64,000 bases of DNA. Source: Epithemia pelagica (taxonomy: Eukaryota; Protista; Bacillariophyta). The translations under genes were made by a program, and so were the position numbers. A model generated the notes under the pieces. That model was not told the DNA's origin, did not search any database, and saw nothing but the letters and a program-made list of their open reading frames with translations. The DNA lies in the NCBI GenBank assembly GCA_946965045.2, contig OX337230.1:4278001-4342000 (forward strand). Reading direction: 5' to 3'. Numbering within the stretch: the first letter of the stretch is position 1; every line of letters begins with the position of its first letter. Shown here piece by piece: positions 10,492 to 23,800 of the stretch.

Positions 10492-13331
10492 ATGGGATGT
10501 GGTCAAAGCAAAGCGGCCGCGGCCGCAACCCTCGATCCTCCAACGGCATACAAAGGTGCGTGTGGAAATTCCGATCTGTTGTTGTACCACCAGAAACCAT
10601 GCGTGGTACTTGGATTTTCTGTCTGGAAGAGACTCTTGCATCCATTGGAGATTCTTATAGGATTGTGTTTGTTCCTCTGTGTCTCATTTGTGTTTCGTCT
10701 TTTTGTTGGGATATTCGTACAGATGAAACGTCTCATTCCGGTGGACCGGTCCGTCCGCAAGAATCGGCGTCGGCGGCCGTCGCCGCAGCAACAACAACTA
10801 CTGGAAAATCATCCTCCACAACCACACCCAGTGCCAACAAGAACAATACCCACACAACAACTCCGGCACGAGGTGCCTTGCAACGACGAACCGAGTATGC
10901 CGTTCGACCCGGTTATTCCTCTGGTGCGTCTTCGTACGATGGTTCCCTCTGGGATGGAGACACGGACCATGAAGACGACGACAATGACACAAAGGATCTG
11001 GACACGAGCACCACCGACCATCCATCCAAACCCAAAAACGACAATGACCTTCGTACCTCTCGTCATTCCGATATTTTGGCACTCTCCACCTTGCGACAAG
11101 AATTAGTAGCCGATGGGGATTTGACCAAAACTGTCGTTCGAATCGAGGTACGTATGGAAGACGCGTGTGTGTGTGTCACCTCCGCTTGAATGTTCGTTGG
11201 GGCCCTCACTCTCATTCGATTTGTATTCCATTTCTCTCTATACACTATTCTATAGCCTTCCTATGGCCAACCCATTGAACAAGTCTACGACGGTGTGTCG
11301 GATGGACTCGTGTTGGGATCGGGTGTCTCGGGCATTGTCCGACTCGTGACACACAAGGCGACGCAAGTCAAGTATGCCGTCAAAATTTTGGAATTGGGCT
11401 TGATTGATTCCACCGAAGGCTTGAGACAATTGCGGAATGAAATTTTTATCATGTGTCAACTCGATCATCCCAACATTGTACGAATTGAAGAAGTGTATGA
11501 AAGTACCAATGAAATTTATATCGTCCAAGAATTGTGTTTGGGGGGAGACCTGTTTGATCGACTCGACGAACAACCCGATTATCATTACACGGAACCGACC
11601 TGTGCCAAACTCGTCAAACAAATGTTGTCGGCCGTCCGGTATTTGCATTCCAAGGGCATTATCCATCGCGATTTGAAACTGGAAAACTTTTTGTTTTCCA
11701 CGCCCGATCCGGACAGTGAATTGCGCATGATTGACTTTGGCTTGTCCAAACATTTTATTGCCGGACAACATCATCACGAAAAGGTGGGAACACCGTATAC
11801 TGTTGCACCCGAAATTATTCAAGGCCATTACGATGAAAAGAGTGATATTTGGTCCTTGGGTGTCATTACCTACTTATTGCTGTCGGGCGAAACACCCTTT
11901 GGTGGGTTGGATGGCGAACATCCCTTGTTGGTCAAACAAAACATTCAACGGGCGCAACTCACCTTTGAACCAGCCGATTTGTGGGTCAGTGTCAGTAGCG
12001 ATGCCGTGGCCTTTGTCCAACGATTGCTCAAGAGCAATCCCGCTCTCCGACCCACAGCCCGGGAGGCCCAAAAGGACAATTGGATTCAAGTGTGGGCCAA
12101 AATGGATGCCAAGGCGGGCAACAAGATTAATCCCAAAACGATTGGCGCCCTCATGGCCTTTAAGGAACAATCGGATATGCAAAAACTCTTGTCCGAAGTC
12201 CTAAGTTTTACCCTCTTGCCGGAACAAATTGTCGAATTGCGAGCCGCCTTTCAAAAAATGGATACCGAAGGGACGGGGGAAATCTCCTTGCGGGCCATGA
12301 AGGTGGTCTTGTTGCAAAATGCCGAAGCCGGTGCCTTGGGTGGCTTGACCGAGCAAGAAATTGAATCCCTCTTTGAAACCATTCGCGTCCGCAAGAGCGA
12401 TCCCACCATTCGTTGGCACGAATTTTTGGCCGCTGGCTTGTCCCAAGCCAAGATTGACGATCGCAATTTGCGCTTGGCCTTTGACCGGATGGATACGCAC
12501 CGCAAGGGCTATATTACCCTGCAAGATTTGCGGGACATGCTGGGGAACAGTGCCGATGCGGAAAAATTGGAAAAGGTGTGGTTGGATAGTTTGAGTGAGG
12601 TCCAATCGGATGAATTGGATCGGATTTACTATGACGATTTCAAACGTCTCATGAAGGGACAACCGCAATCGGCCGTGGCCGCCCGGCTGGGCAATGCCTC
12701 CAAATCGTCCGCCCTCAATGTCGTTCCCGAAGACTTGGCGGCCGCCGTGTCTTCCACCACGGCAACCACAACAAGCGCAACCAAGACGACGACGACAACC
12801 GTTGGAGGACGGGCCAACCAAAAGAAAAAGTCCAAATCCTTTCAACCGGGCAGCAACATGTGGGACGATGCTACAGAAGATGGTAGTTTGTCGTCCTTCA
12901 AGCAGCAAGGCAACAACAGTCGTTTGTTTCAACTCAGTGAAGGATCCATGGATGAATTGGAAAACATGTCCCCCTTGGTGGTGAATCGTACCTTGTACCG
13001 GATGCATCGGGAAATGCGATTGGCCGTCTTGGAAGCCTCGAAACAATTTGATTTCAAACGCAAAGCCTTGCAAACCAGCACGACGAATACGACCAGCAGC
13101 AGCAGTGAGCCGCCACACGCATCCACTGCCGGCGCCGGTCTCGTCATGAAACGGGGGGCCAAACCACCAGTCGAATTGGAAGATTTACACAATCGAGCCA
13201 TGTTTGATGCCGCGGCCAAACGATGTGGACGGGCCAAACGAACTCGCAACAAAACCGTCTCGGATGTCACGGGCATGCTCATCAAGCATCATGATGCCGA
13301 TGCAACCACACAAGATGCAGCAAATGGATGA
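10492..13331 (+). CDS. CDPK: Calcium-dependent protein kinase; exons 10492-10555, 10723-11147, 11256-13331
   Basis: N-terminal MGCGQSK acylation motif. GT-AG introns 10556-10722 and 11148-11255 keep the frame. Kinase motifs LGSGVSGIV, YAVK, HRDLKLEN, DFG, GTPYTVAPE. EF-hands DTEGTGEIS and DTHRKGYIT. Confidence 0.92.
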
Positions 13332-13894
13332 TATGTGTCGTTGCAATCGCCCCCACAAGAAGAGGAAGAAAGTGACACCAATATGACAATTTCTCCAGAA
13401 AGGGTGGGAGAACCTGCACCCGACGGGTTTGTTGGCCGTTAGGGAGAGAACCAGTGGAGAGAGAAGCTGCACAGGATGGGAGTGTTGCCCTGCAACTGGT
13501 CCAACAACAACAACAACAACAACATGAGATATGGTGCAGCGCCTCTTCTCCGTTCCCCACAAAGATCAGATGAAGTGGATCCACATGTGGTAGCGTTTTC
13601 TAGAGACTGGTCGAACAAACCAAGGGGGCATGAGTGTATCTGTGTGTGTGTTTCCGCAATTCTAGAATACGACACTGGGTCGAATCGAGCGAGCGTATCG
13701 AGACCCATCCATCCGGTGGAACCGGGGAGAATACCTGTGGATGATCAAGGTAGAGCTTCTTGTACACATTGTAGTATAGACATTGGTAGAACGTTCATGA
13801 GCTACCTAGACAATCTGCACAGAGCTATAATATACGGAAAAACAAAGACTTCTTTTCTGTTTGGTACAGTATACATGTGGAGGAATGGATTTTG

Positions 13895-15034
13895 TTAGAG
13901 AATGGCACAACATTTGGAACCGCCACCTCCGCCGCCACCACCCCCACTACTCGACACAATCATGTGGAGTTGCGGTCCAGTTCGTGAAGTGTTGTTGCTG
14001 GTGTTGCGGGGTTGCCAATACAAGCGCAATTGCAAAATATACGAGACATTGGGCTCGAGTTGGTAGGACACTCGAGCATTACGCTCTTGTCCACTATCAT
14101 CATCCGTCACCAATTGTTGTAACTGTTTGGACGATGCGTCTTGTTGTTGTTGACGAAAGAGGACCATGTAGGTATCGGCTTGGCCCGAGGTGAACACGTC
14201 CACATTGGTTTCGGACGGGAATCGAATGGTGAATCGTTCTTGTTCTCCATCCTTCAAATTGGACAGTGTCAAGGGTTGATTGGACAAGGTCAAGGGTTGC
14301 GTCTTGACCGTGTCGATTGGTGGATAAAAATGCAAGGCCTTGGTCTTGTCCAAGGCGGACAAGCCATTGGCTGGATCCAAGGGTTCCGTTTGATACTAAG
14401 CCGGTTGTCGAATCAAGCCGGCCGGAAAGGGATAATGCATAATGGAATCCTTATCCCATGTATTGGCTTATATGTTATCGGGTTGGAGTTTGCGCAAAAT
14501 GTTGTGAAAGGTGCGTTCGCGGGTCCAATGGTTCGGTGGTCCGCCCAAACTGGCATAGACAGCCTCGTCGTCCCAGACCAGGCCCCCCGTGGGATTTTGA
14601 TGTTCGTGGGGAAATCCCAAGGCATGACCAATTTCGTGCAAACAGGTATCGTACGTTTGGGCATTGTCCCATCCAATATTCATGGTACGATCGGTAGGAT
14701 TCGTGATATTCAAGACATCGCGACCGACGTAGGACCAGGAACCATCGCCGGTTTGAAATCCAATGCGAATCATGGCGTGGGTGGGATCCGAGACGGATTG
14801 AAACTCCAATCCCATGCCGGTATCTTTCCATTCTTGAAAGGCTTGTTGAATCAATTGCTCTTGTCGGGGTGAACCATTCGTCATTACATGGTAGGTCAAG
14901 GTGGTGCCATTGACCCATTTCGAGTCGAGCGTCACAATCAAGCGTTGTCGATGGCCATCCAATTGATCGGATGGTCGACGACGATTTGGAATCTCACGCA
15001 CATGACAATACCCATGTCGTTCGTCATTCATCAT
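13895..15034 (-). pseudogene. Bacterial-type astacin/M12A zinc metalloprotease with a C-terminal PPC-like domain, interrupted by two in-frame stops
   Basis: Zinc motif HEIGHALGFPHEH, Met-turn SIMHY, KWVNGT and DDDSG motifs. ORFs 14468-15262 and 13895-14380 are in the same frame, separated by TAA (14468-14470) and TAG (14396-14398). No introns seen. Confidence 0.85.
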
Positions 15035-15656
15035 CTTCTTGTTGGTTGGTTCGGTGCTAGGTAGACCCCGTTCTGGTTTGTCGTGGACAGTTCTCAATAC
15101 GCGTATTGTCTTCTGGACAAAAGCTCTCTCTGTTTTCCAAGATCTAAACAAACAAAATGATTCGCGTGTCACGAAAAAGAGTTCCATCGACATGCGACTG
15201 GAAAGTGCGCGACGGGACCTCGCTATATGCTTCGCGATTCGACATGATATGGATAGCAGCATCTACAGTGCTCCTCTCTAGTAGGAGTAGTAGAGCATAG
15301 GAGAACGAAGGTGAAACGGAATGAACCAACCACAGTATCGAACGAGCAGCAGAATGGAATCCAGAGAGAGTTTCCAGAAGATGTAGGTGACCTCCATTTT
15401 TGGAGCTACTCCACTATGTATGCCAAAGCATTGGATCTATACCGAGCTAGTAGGTCCAGTTCATCCGCATCATCATCCTTTTTCTGTATCATAGACAGAG
15501 GCCGATGGTCCATTCAAAAACGTATCGACTACTACAAACAGTTATATGGGGAACAAGCGTTCGATTCATGGGTTGGTTCCCTTGTTCTTGCGTTGTTTTC
15601 CCAAGACCCGAAGAACGACAACAACGACACAAACAACAACAACAAGAGTTACTCAG

Positions 15657-16410
15657 CTAGAGAATCCAGCATCCTTCGCACAAGGCACCCTGGTCCACAG
15701 AAGTCGATCCCCTCGAGGAGGATGACCTTTCTTGTGGGAGGAGAATATCTTCGGCTTCTCCTGTTGTAGCTCTCGTTTCCTCGGGCAACAAGGCTTCTCG
15801 TTGAATCGGTGGTGGAAGCGCTGCGTCTGGTGCATCCGGAACCACGGGTGGCTTGGAGGACGTTGTTGTGGTTGTTGTGGTAGTAGTACTCGTCAAGGGA
15901 GCTTCGGGCGGTTTATGGGCGGCTCGTTTGGATGTTTGTGCTGGTGGTGGTTGTGTTCGTGTGGCAGATTGTGTGTTGCTCCGTGCCGACCGATTCGATC
16001 GTCGTTTCTTCATCCAACTGCGAATGGATCCGACGGACCGGACGGACGGTGTGACGGAATCATCGTCGGCCCCCACGGGCGCTCCAGCTTGTTGTCGTTT
16101 GACAAACTTGGCCACGCGTCGTTCGGGAAGTTTCCAATTGGGATGCTCCTGGACCAAGGCTTGATGAATGACTTTTCCATCCGTCGTGCCCTATTAGAGA
16201 TTGAACATGAAATACAAAGGCAACACCATGAGAGAGCGAGACTCTAATAGAGGGTGAAATGAAACAGCAATGGACACCTTTGTCTATAGTTTGTACACAA
16301 CAGCTTCTATACTCTAGACTCAAGGATCGAACGTTTCGTACCTTGTCCAATTGACTTTTAATGGCACCATTCAAATCGACGGCATTCGGAGTGTACTTGG
16401 CCGTGCTCAT
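15657..16410 (-). CDS. Small two-exon protein (exons 16410-16342 and 16190-15657) with an EHPNWKLPERRVAKFVKRQ motif
   Basis: ATG at 16410, GTACGA donor at 16341 and TAG acceptor ending at 16191 join in frame to ORF 15657-16157. The basic helical motif recalls CLU-central-like motifs seen in diatom proteins (recognised from memory). Confidence 0.65.
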
Positions 16411-16753
16411 ACTGCTCTTCTTCTTGCTTGTTGTTTGAAATACTTGGGAGGAGGATGATACCGTGCTGCTTGCCCCTTTGGGATGTCGCGTGTCTTTCAA
16501 TGGCAGCCGCAGCAAACACACCCATCAAAAATCGCTCACTCGCACTACTCGTGTGTGTTCCAGCAACACACACACAGTGTGATAGACATTCCAAGTCGTG
16601 CCACGACAAGCGCTGTCGCCCAAATTTTGGTCATTTTCGTCGAGCAAACCCCATTTGCAGTTTTGGTATGAATGGTAGTCCTCGTCTGTCTGTAGGACGA
16701 TGGAGTCGCATTGGTTCATCGCCCAAACAAAAAACCGTTATCAACGGTTGTCG

Positions 16754-17122
16754 TTATCGATCGCCCCGCCGTAAGGGTTGCAGCGCATTGCGACGACTGA
16801 CGGCAAAGACTTCGGTGGTTCGATCCATGCGTCGTTTCAACACGGGGGCCCGATCCACCATTGCTGTTGTAGTAGGATTGATGGGACGTCGCAGAGGGAG
16901 GGGTGCACTGCTACTTTCCCATCGGCATTGGCGTCGTTGCTGAAACAACGAGTCTTTTGGTAGCGTGCAAACCTTATTGGATGGCAACGACGACGACGAG
17001 GAGGGGAGACTCCCGTGATGATGAGTTTTCACATGGCCTCGACAATTGTCTTCGACAATCGAAATTTCGGTTGCATGGTTCAGTAAACTTCCAAGATGGA
17101 GTGCCAAAGAGGACGATGTCAT
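16754..17122 (-). CDS. Small hypothetical protein (diatom low-complexity type)
   Basis: 122-aa ATG-initiated ORF with IVEDN, RWES and PLPLRRP elements, a pattern common in short disordered diatom proteins. No function can be assigned. Confidence 0.4.
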   Translation of the reverse strand: MTSSSLALHLGSLLNHATEISIVEDNCRGHVKTHHHGSLPSSSSSLPSNKVCTLPKDSLFQQRRQCRWESSSAPLPLRRPINPTTTAMVDRAPVLKRRMDRTTEVFAVSRRNALQPLRRGDR

Positions 17123-17949
17123 GGTGATGCAGGCTAGTATTGGTTTTTGCTGGATCCGTTGTGTTGTTTGTGTGCGCCAAAATGATTTCGCCGATTTGTG
17201 TGCTTCAACCCAAATAGTGGATGGAACAAAAGAGGCCCAAAAGCCAAAAGCAGAGTCTGCGCGCTTTGCCGGTACTCGTACTCGTATTTATTTCGCGAGA
17301 ACGGACAATGGACACTTCCGAACCACCCCGACTGTACAGAAAAGTGTACTCGACACGAGAAACAAGCCAACACCCGTATTCTCTTTCTTTCCGGTGATTG
17401 GTTATGCCTTTGAGAAAGTTAGTATTGCTTCCAAACGCATGCGTGGATGAACACTGTACTGCAAGCTAAATAGCACATCAGGGCTATTTTGAATTGATAC
17501 ACTACAATGAGTCCTCGTTATTCTCTGCTTCTCGTTGGGACCAAGCGACGGGCATCCTCGATACTGTTCGGTTCCCAGTGAGTATTCCGGACACGACTGG
17601 ACATCGGGACTCGTCGGAGAATTCGTGAACAGACACCGGACAATGACAAAACCACCATGGCGGCCAAACCCTCCTTGCGATTTCCGATTCATCCCCATCA
17701 TTGGGAGTCCTACAATAATAAGCTCTTCTACTTTTGTTCGAGGTAGAAGAAAATTTGTCTCTCCGACACTCTCTCTCGAGGCTCTTCTTTTACTCTCTCC
17801 TTTTCAATTCGCAATTCACAGCAGGGCGAGAAACAAATCTTCGAAGCGCTGGTTGTGGGTCTTCGACTCCTATGTTCTTGTTAGTACCCTAATGATCTAG
17901 ACCAAATGTGTCCTTACAAGGATTCGGTTACGGGGACAGATCTAGTGGT

Positions 17950-18950
17950 AGCCACAATTTCTTGCGCGCAACTGAAATGAAACGATTCACGGTCTCTAAT
18001 ATGGAACGACCTGGAACTGTCATGTTTGCCCCTACGGATCCGGATCGATACTCTGGTTTACGGGGTCTAGACTTGTTCCTGTTCTCATGGTGATGAGGGT
18101 TGGTTGGACATGAAGATGACCCATGCTTCTTGTATAGTAGTATAGAATTGCCAACTCGACACATACTCTCATGGAGATTGATTCATTCGCGTGCTCTTTT
18201 GCCGTGCGGGAGGAACCATTCGGGTCATTGACGCCCACCTTTTTTTAAAGTAGATTGTCTTTCATAGAAAGAACGATACAACAGTCTGTTTTTGCTTTGT
18301 GGTTCGAGCCCCGACATGAAACGACGAATGACAGATAGCCGTAGTCATTTCGGGAAGTTCCTCTCGTCATATTTCCTATAATTTGCAAGAGTGTATGGAG
18401 AGTGGGAATCGTTCACCACACCGAGGGCTCGTTCTGTGGTCGGTGGCGTGGTTTTGCGGCTCTTTTTGGCAGTTGAGGAATCGATTTGCGCTTCGATTCG
18501 CTTCATCGACTGGCTCTAGTATTCGTATTCGGAATCGTCCAGATGCTCTGGTTCAGTATTGCTTGGTTTCGTGACACTTAAACAGTTTGGATTCGGTAAA
18601 CTTACTTCGACATTGCCCGTGAGAAAGTCTCGTCAGGGGATACTATTTTTGGAGTGGATGCGTTTGAACTGTCCAAAGAGGTATCCCATTTCTTCTGGTC
18701 CGACACGCATGCCCATCCAGGGATTGTCAATATCGGGACCAATGTACTTGGCCAATTCGGTCATGAAGGATTGGTTCGCTCTTGTCGACGAGGGGATGTA
18801 AGTCAACGGCGGCTCCCATGTCAACACCGGTCAAGGCAATGGAAGAGACTTGATCAAAGGCCGGACTTGACGGCATCTGTCAGCAAATCCAAGCGCAGGA
18901 AAATCGAATCGCATTCCAAACGGCGCCATAAGTTGGTGGCAGACGCGCCA
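17950..18950 (-). pseudogene. Degraded NADP-glutamate dehydrogenase-like gene
   Basis: Fragments in shifting frames: AFDQVSSIALTGVDMGAAVDLHPLVDKSE, QSFMTELAKYIGPDIDNPWMGMRVGPEEMGYLFGQFKRI, FLTG, PEMT and GANM. They match the GDH order FEQIFKNSLT...QSFMTEL...IGYLFGQYKR...LTGK...RPEATG...EGANM. Boundaries are approximate. Confidence 0.65.
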
Positions 18951-19588
18951 AATAGGGAGATCCTTCGTTCCCCGAGTCCGATCCCGAGTCCCCCGAGTCC
19001 AAATGCAAATATCTGCTGCCAGAGGACAACGTCGTCGCTGCAGGCCATTGGATACAAGCTTTGTCATCAGGGAAGGAACCATGGTGGAACACATGGCTAT
19101 CGCAGGCGGTTTCGTATACTGCGAATGTAGGTATCGCACAAAAGGAAACGTACACATGGGCTCACCAAAACTGTTGTCCTCTGCGGGTGACAAACGTGAC
19201 TGGTGAGAGGAGCCTCGAAACAACACGTCGAGAGAGAGTGTTGGAATGTAGTACGCACACAGTGGTTCGACCATCGTGAGACAATCGTGCGTAAGGCACG
19301 CACGCTATTCCTCCCTGTAACTGGATACTCGCGAGTCTGATTCCTCTGCGTGGTCTCGTCGTCGTGACACCACCGCCGTTGGCTCCTCCTGTTGCGGCTG
19401 CTTTGATTGGTGGTACTAGAACGGCGACATGTCCACGCTCCCCAAAACAAAAAACAAGCGTTTCGACTCCAGCAGGCACTGATCATGTTCGATAGCTCAA
19501 TTGTCTATATCAATCCATCCATCCATCCACAAACAACGCCCAACGTGCCAAAACTACCAAACGCCGTTCTTGCTCTTGGACGCAATCA

Positions 19589-19803
19589 CCTTGTCTCGTG
19601 CTTGGAGTTTGGAATCCAGGGCGTCCAATTTCCGGTCCTGAGCATGGAGTTGAGCATTCTGTGCTTCAAATCGAGCATCTTGTGCTTCGATGATTCAAAA
19701 TCGAAGCACAAGATGCTCGATTTGAAGCACAGAATGCTCAACTCCATGCTCAGGACCGGAAATTGGACACCCAGGATTCCAAACTCCAAGGCACAAGACA
19801 AGG
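19589..19803. repeat. Near-perfect inverted repeat (arms ~103 bp, 8-nt loop)
   Basis: Left arm 19589-19691 and right arm 19700-19803 are reverse complements with only a few mismatches near the outer ends. Loop GATTCAAA. Confidence 0.95.
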
Positions 19804-20866
19804 CGTTCCAAAAAATGATTGGAAGGACTCTTGAGCATGTTGTTGGCGGACTCGCCGTGTAATACGACGATCCGTAGTCCCATTTGTGCTAAAACGGCAA
19901 ATTTCTGCAGCGTCTTGTTGCTGCTTTCAAACTGCAACTCGTTGATTTGAAGATTTGTCTTCTCCAGAACGAAAGGGTCTTCTTGACCAAGTAAGGATTT
20001 TCAGCGGCGTCCGAGAAAAGAACGACGTGCCAACGACGTCGACTAGATGCAGACGACGTGGGCACGTCGATGTTTGCTCAGACGGCGCGGAAAGAGCATT
20101 TGGAAGGAGAGGAAAGAATCATGGTGGATGGAGCACAGCTGTGGTTTCGTCGTTCAAATGTCGAAGGAACACAGTCTTGGCGGGTGACAAAACAGTGGCA
20201 ACAGGAGACGAGGTCGTCCACTTTTGGGCGCGCCACTCGATACTCGATCAGAGGTGCATTGTACAGGCAACTCAAAGAGAGACGATGAGCGCTCTAAAAG
20301 AGCTTTTGATGACCACTATTTTTCTTAAAACCGCTTGGGTAGGGTCTTCCATCCCCCAACTTTAAACGCCCAACAGGATTCCTTTCTGGTCCCCTTTGGT
20401 CGCGGTTCGTCTTCCCTTGAAAGCTACCTACATAATGTGTTCTCGAAAACAAACGAAACTCTAGTAGTTCAAAGTTGGTTGTCTTGGAGGTGTGTTTTAT
20501 TGTATCTATCCATTCCTGCGGCGTGGCTCCTTGGTGGTGATTGGGCCGTTGATCTAGGGAGAAGCGATTGGATGGAAGGGACTATTGTGGTATGGTGTGG
20601 AGACTGTACCAGGAGGAACGACGTGTTTGCGTTCTCCCGCACCACAACACCGCCCCAAGAGACGACCAAAGGAACGAACAGGATACTCCCATCTCTACAC
20701 GCCGGAAGAGATTCTAGGATTCAAGTGTGTTATCCTTTTGGCTATAGTAGGCAGGTAGTAGGCCACACAAGTCGAGAATCGTCCGTTTCGTTCGTCTGTA
20801 TAGTATAGATACACTGCGACGACCAGCCACTTTCATTCATTCCTTCATTCATTCCTGACAATGGAC

Positions 20867-23800
20867 TTAGGCCATGAGCTTGAGCAACATTCGTGTCCGC
20901 GCATGGTTGGGTTTGCTCGACCGCCACGACGACGAATGGTTGTTGGTGGAGGATTCCGCCGTCAAGGAAGAAGAAGAGTCGGCCCATACATTGACGGGTA
21001 TGGAGTTTGATGATGACGACAATGGTGTAGTTGAGCGGTCGTGGTGGTGGTTGGAATCGACTCTGGGCAATCCGTCTGATGCCTCGCAACTGGTCGCTGT
21101 CGTCACGGAACTGGATTCTTCCGTGGCGGCAACCGATTGTCCATCTTCTTCCTCGTGAGGAGGAGCAGCAGTCCTGCTCAATGCTGGGGAAGTGGCAATG
21201 GAGGCCTTTTTCGAACTCTGGGATGACGACGACGACAAGAAGATCCATTCTTCACTGGCGCCTTCGTCCTCAACCGTCACTTGGGATTTCACGGTTTGTT
21301 TCGACAAGGCACGCTGCTTCCATCCCCCCAATCTTGACGGATTGGGGGGTGGTTTGGGAGGTGCTGCCACCACACGATTCCATCGGGATCGTAACAAGGC
21401 ATTCCAGTGTTTGGAAGGACCACCACCACTACCCTCCTTGGCCGTGTGCCGCAGCGGACCATGAAGAGGCTGTGACAGGGCGGGTGTGGGAGCTGGCGGA
21501 CGAGTCCTATTCTGGCTCGTCAAAGGATTGGACTTGTCGTTTCGTGGCTGCTCCGTGGGTGCTGCCGAACCAGTTCCTTGTGGTAGTGGTTGTGGTTTGG
21601 GTGGTGGTAGTGGTGGTCTTTCTTGTGCTGGTTGTGGCTTGCGTGTTGGCGTTCCGGGAGCAAGTGGCCGTGCGGTTCGATCTGGTTGTTGTTGTGTTTG
21701 TTGTTGTGGTTTGGCGGCCAAGGGGATCCGGGGCGCAATTCGAGGTGGCACTGGTTTGTGATTCAGATTGGTATTGGTGGCATTGGTGGCCGAGTTCCAT
21801 CGATGTACCACTTGTTTTTTCCACGTGGTTCGAAGAGTTGCCGCCAGGGGGGCGGCCGTGAGTCGTTTCTTGGGTTTGGGGTTGTTGTGGTTTTGGTTGT
21901 TGTGGTTGGTGTTCATGGGCGCAGCCACAGGAGGAGGAGAAGGAGGAGGAGGAACAACACAAGCATTGGACGAAGCATCATTCCTTTGGGGTGGTGGAGG
22001 TGGTATGTCGTTTTCAGAGTTCACCGTCGTGCGAGTTGTTGCCGTAACAGCACTAGAAGGACGAGCCGTGTGAGCCCGAGGTGGAATGGATGGTTCCGTC
22101 GTCTTTGTGGGAGTGGATTGATTGGCTGGTTTCGAGGATGATTGTGAGGATGACGATAATGGTACTGGTTTGGACTTGGTTTCCCGAGACGGCAGGTTTG
22201 CCCTTGTGGTGGGGTGGGGATCCTTCAATCCGGTCCAATTCCACGTCACTTGTTCTTCTTCTTCGTCGTCGTCTTGCAGAGTGGGTGGAGGAGTAGGCGA
22301 GGCCGCTTCTCGGGCCCGGCGCCACAAATGGTGTGTGGCACGGGAGGCCACCAACAAGGGTTTCTTTCGTTTCCAGGAAGACGACGACGACGAAGGCAGT
22401 CGGGGTAGTTGTGGCTGTTCCAAAAATGGCTGGCGAAACAAATCGTCTGGTTCCTCTTCTTCTTGTTTGGTAGCAGTCGGTTGGTTGGTGGTATTCGTTG
22501 GAGGGTCGTCGTTCTGTTGAGGTTCCGACTCACTCCACGTCACTTCTTCTTCTTCATCATCGTCGTCAATGTGTTGTGGTTGTGGTTGTTGGTGTTGTTT
22601 CGGAGGATTGTGCTGGCGTTCCAACTCTCGCTCTCGCGCCCGTCGCCACAAATTGTGGGCCGCAGCCCGCGAATGATTCCACGTGCGTTGCAACGACGAG
22701 GACGAGGACTGCAAGAACCGCCGACGATAAAGACCACCACCCAGACGACTGCGGTTGCTGCCGTGGTCCAACTCATCCTCTTCGTCTTCTTCTTCTTCTT
22801 CCACAACAAAACTGGGCAATTCCACAATGAACCGAGCCACTTGGAGCAACCACAAATCATCGTCCTCCAAGTCGTCGTGCCGTATTGGTTTCATGGATTC
22901 CACGTGGTACTGAACGAGGGGAATTTGGGGCGAAAATTGGACCGAAACCGTCAGTTGGGCAATGGGAACCAATTGGAGTTGCGGATGGGGCAGGCGCAAT
23001 TCCCACACGGCCTTGGCCACGATGGTACAGGTATCGGGACAGAGGGTCCATTCCACGTCGTGCGTGTGCACCGCCATGTGCCAGTGGGGACGAATCAAGG
23101 AAGGTGGTGGGGGTTCGTGCGGGTCGCCGCAAGTGGTGCTCGTTGTGGTGCTCGTTGTGGTCAAGGATTGGACCAAATCGGCCCAGAGAGATTGATTGGC
23201 GGACCGGGCCCAGACTCGCATCAGGGGATCGTCACTCCAACTCGCTTGGAGGAGCAACAGGGCAATGTGCGAGGCATCCGTCACCACACCCTCCGCCGCG
23301 GACATCCAAGTATATTGCATGCGGGGCAATTCCTTGTCCAAGGTATACTCGACCAATTCGGGTCGTTGTTGATAATACTGAATGGCTGCCTGGGCCAATG
23401 AGTCATTGCCGGAATACTGCTCGTCCAACCAGGCATTCCACACGGCCCCGGCCTGGGGCAACCAATCTAAATAGCGCTTCAATTCATTCACCAAACAATA
23501 GACACGTTGGTTCGTCTCGGGATTGTCGTGAGTGTCGGCTGTTGTACTCGTCTCCACAGCACTCGAAGGAGGATGGGTTTGTTGTGTCCACACAACTGAA
23601 GCATCGAGTGGATTGGAAAGAATCGTCGTCGTCGTGTCCGTGTCCTCCGCATGGCTGGTATTAGTGGAACGGCTGTGATTGTTGTTCCAGAGAGCGTCCC
23701 CCGTCAAGGTCTCGAAATCTGCTTCTTCTTGTGATTGTGGTGGTTCTTCTTCGTTTCGCTCTGCTGCTACTGATGCTGCGGCTGCTAGGGGTGGTACTTC

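Noticed and set aside
15311-15769. 152-aa plus-strand ORF between the protease and the small gene
   Set aside because: GTG start, overlaps the 3' end of a better-supported minus-strand gene, and has no identifiable domain.
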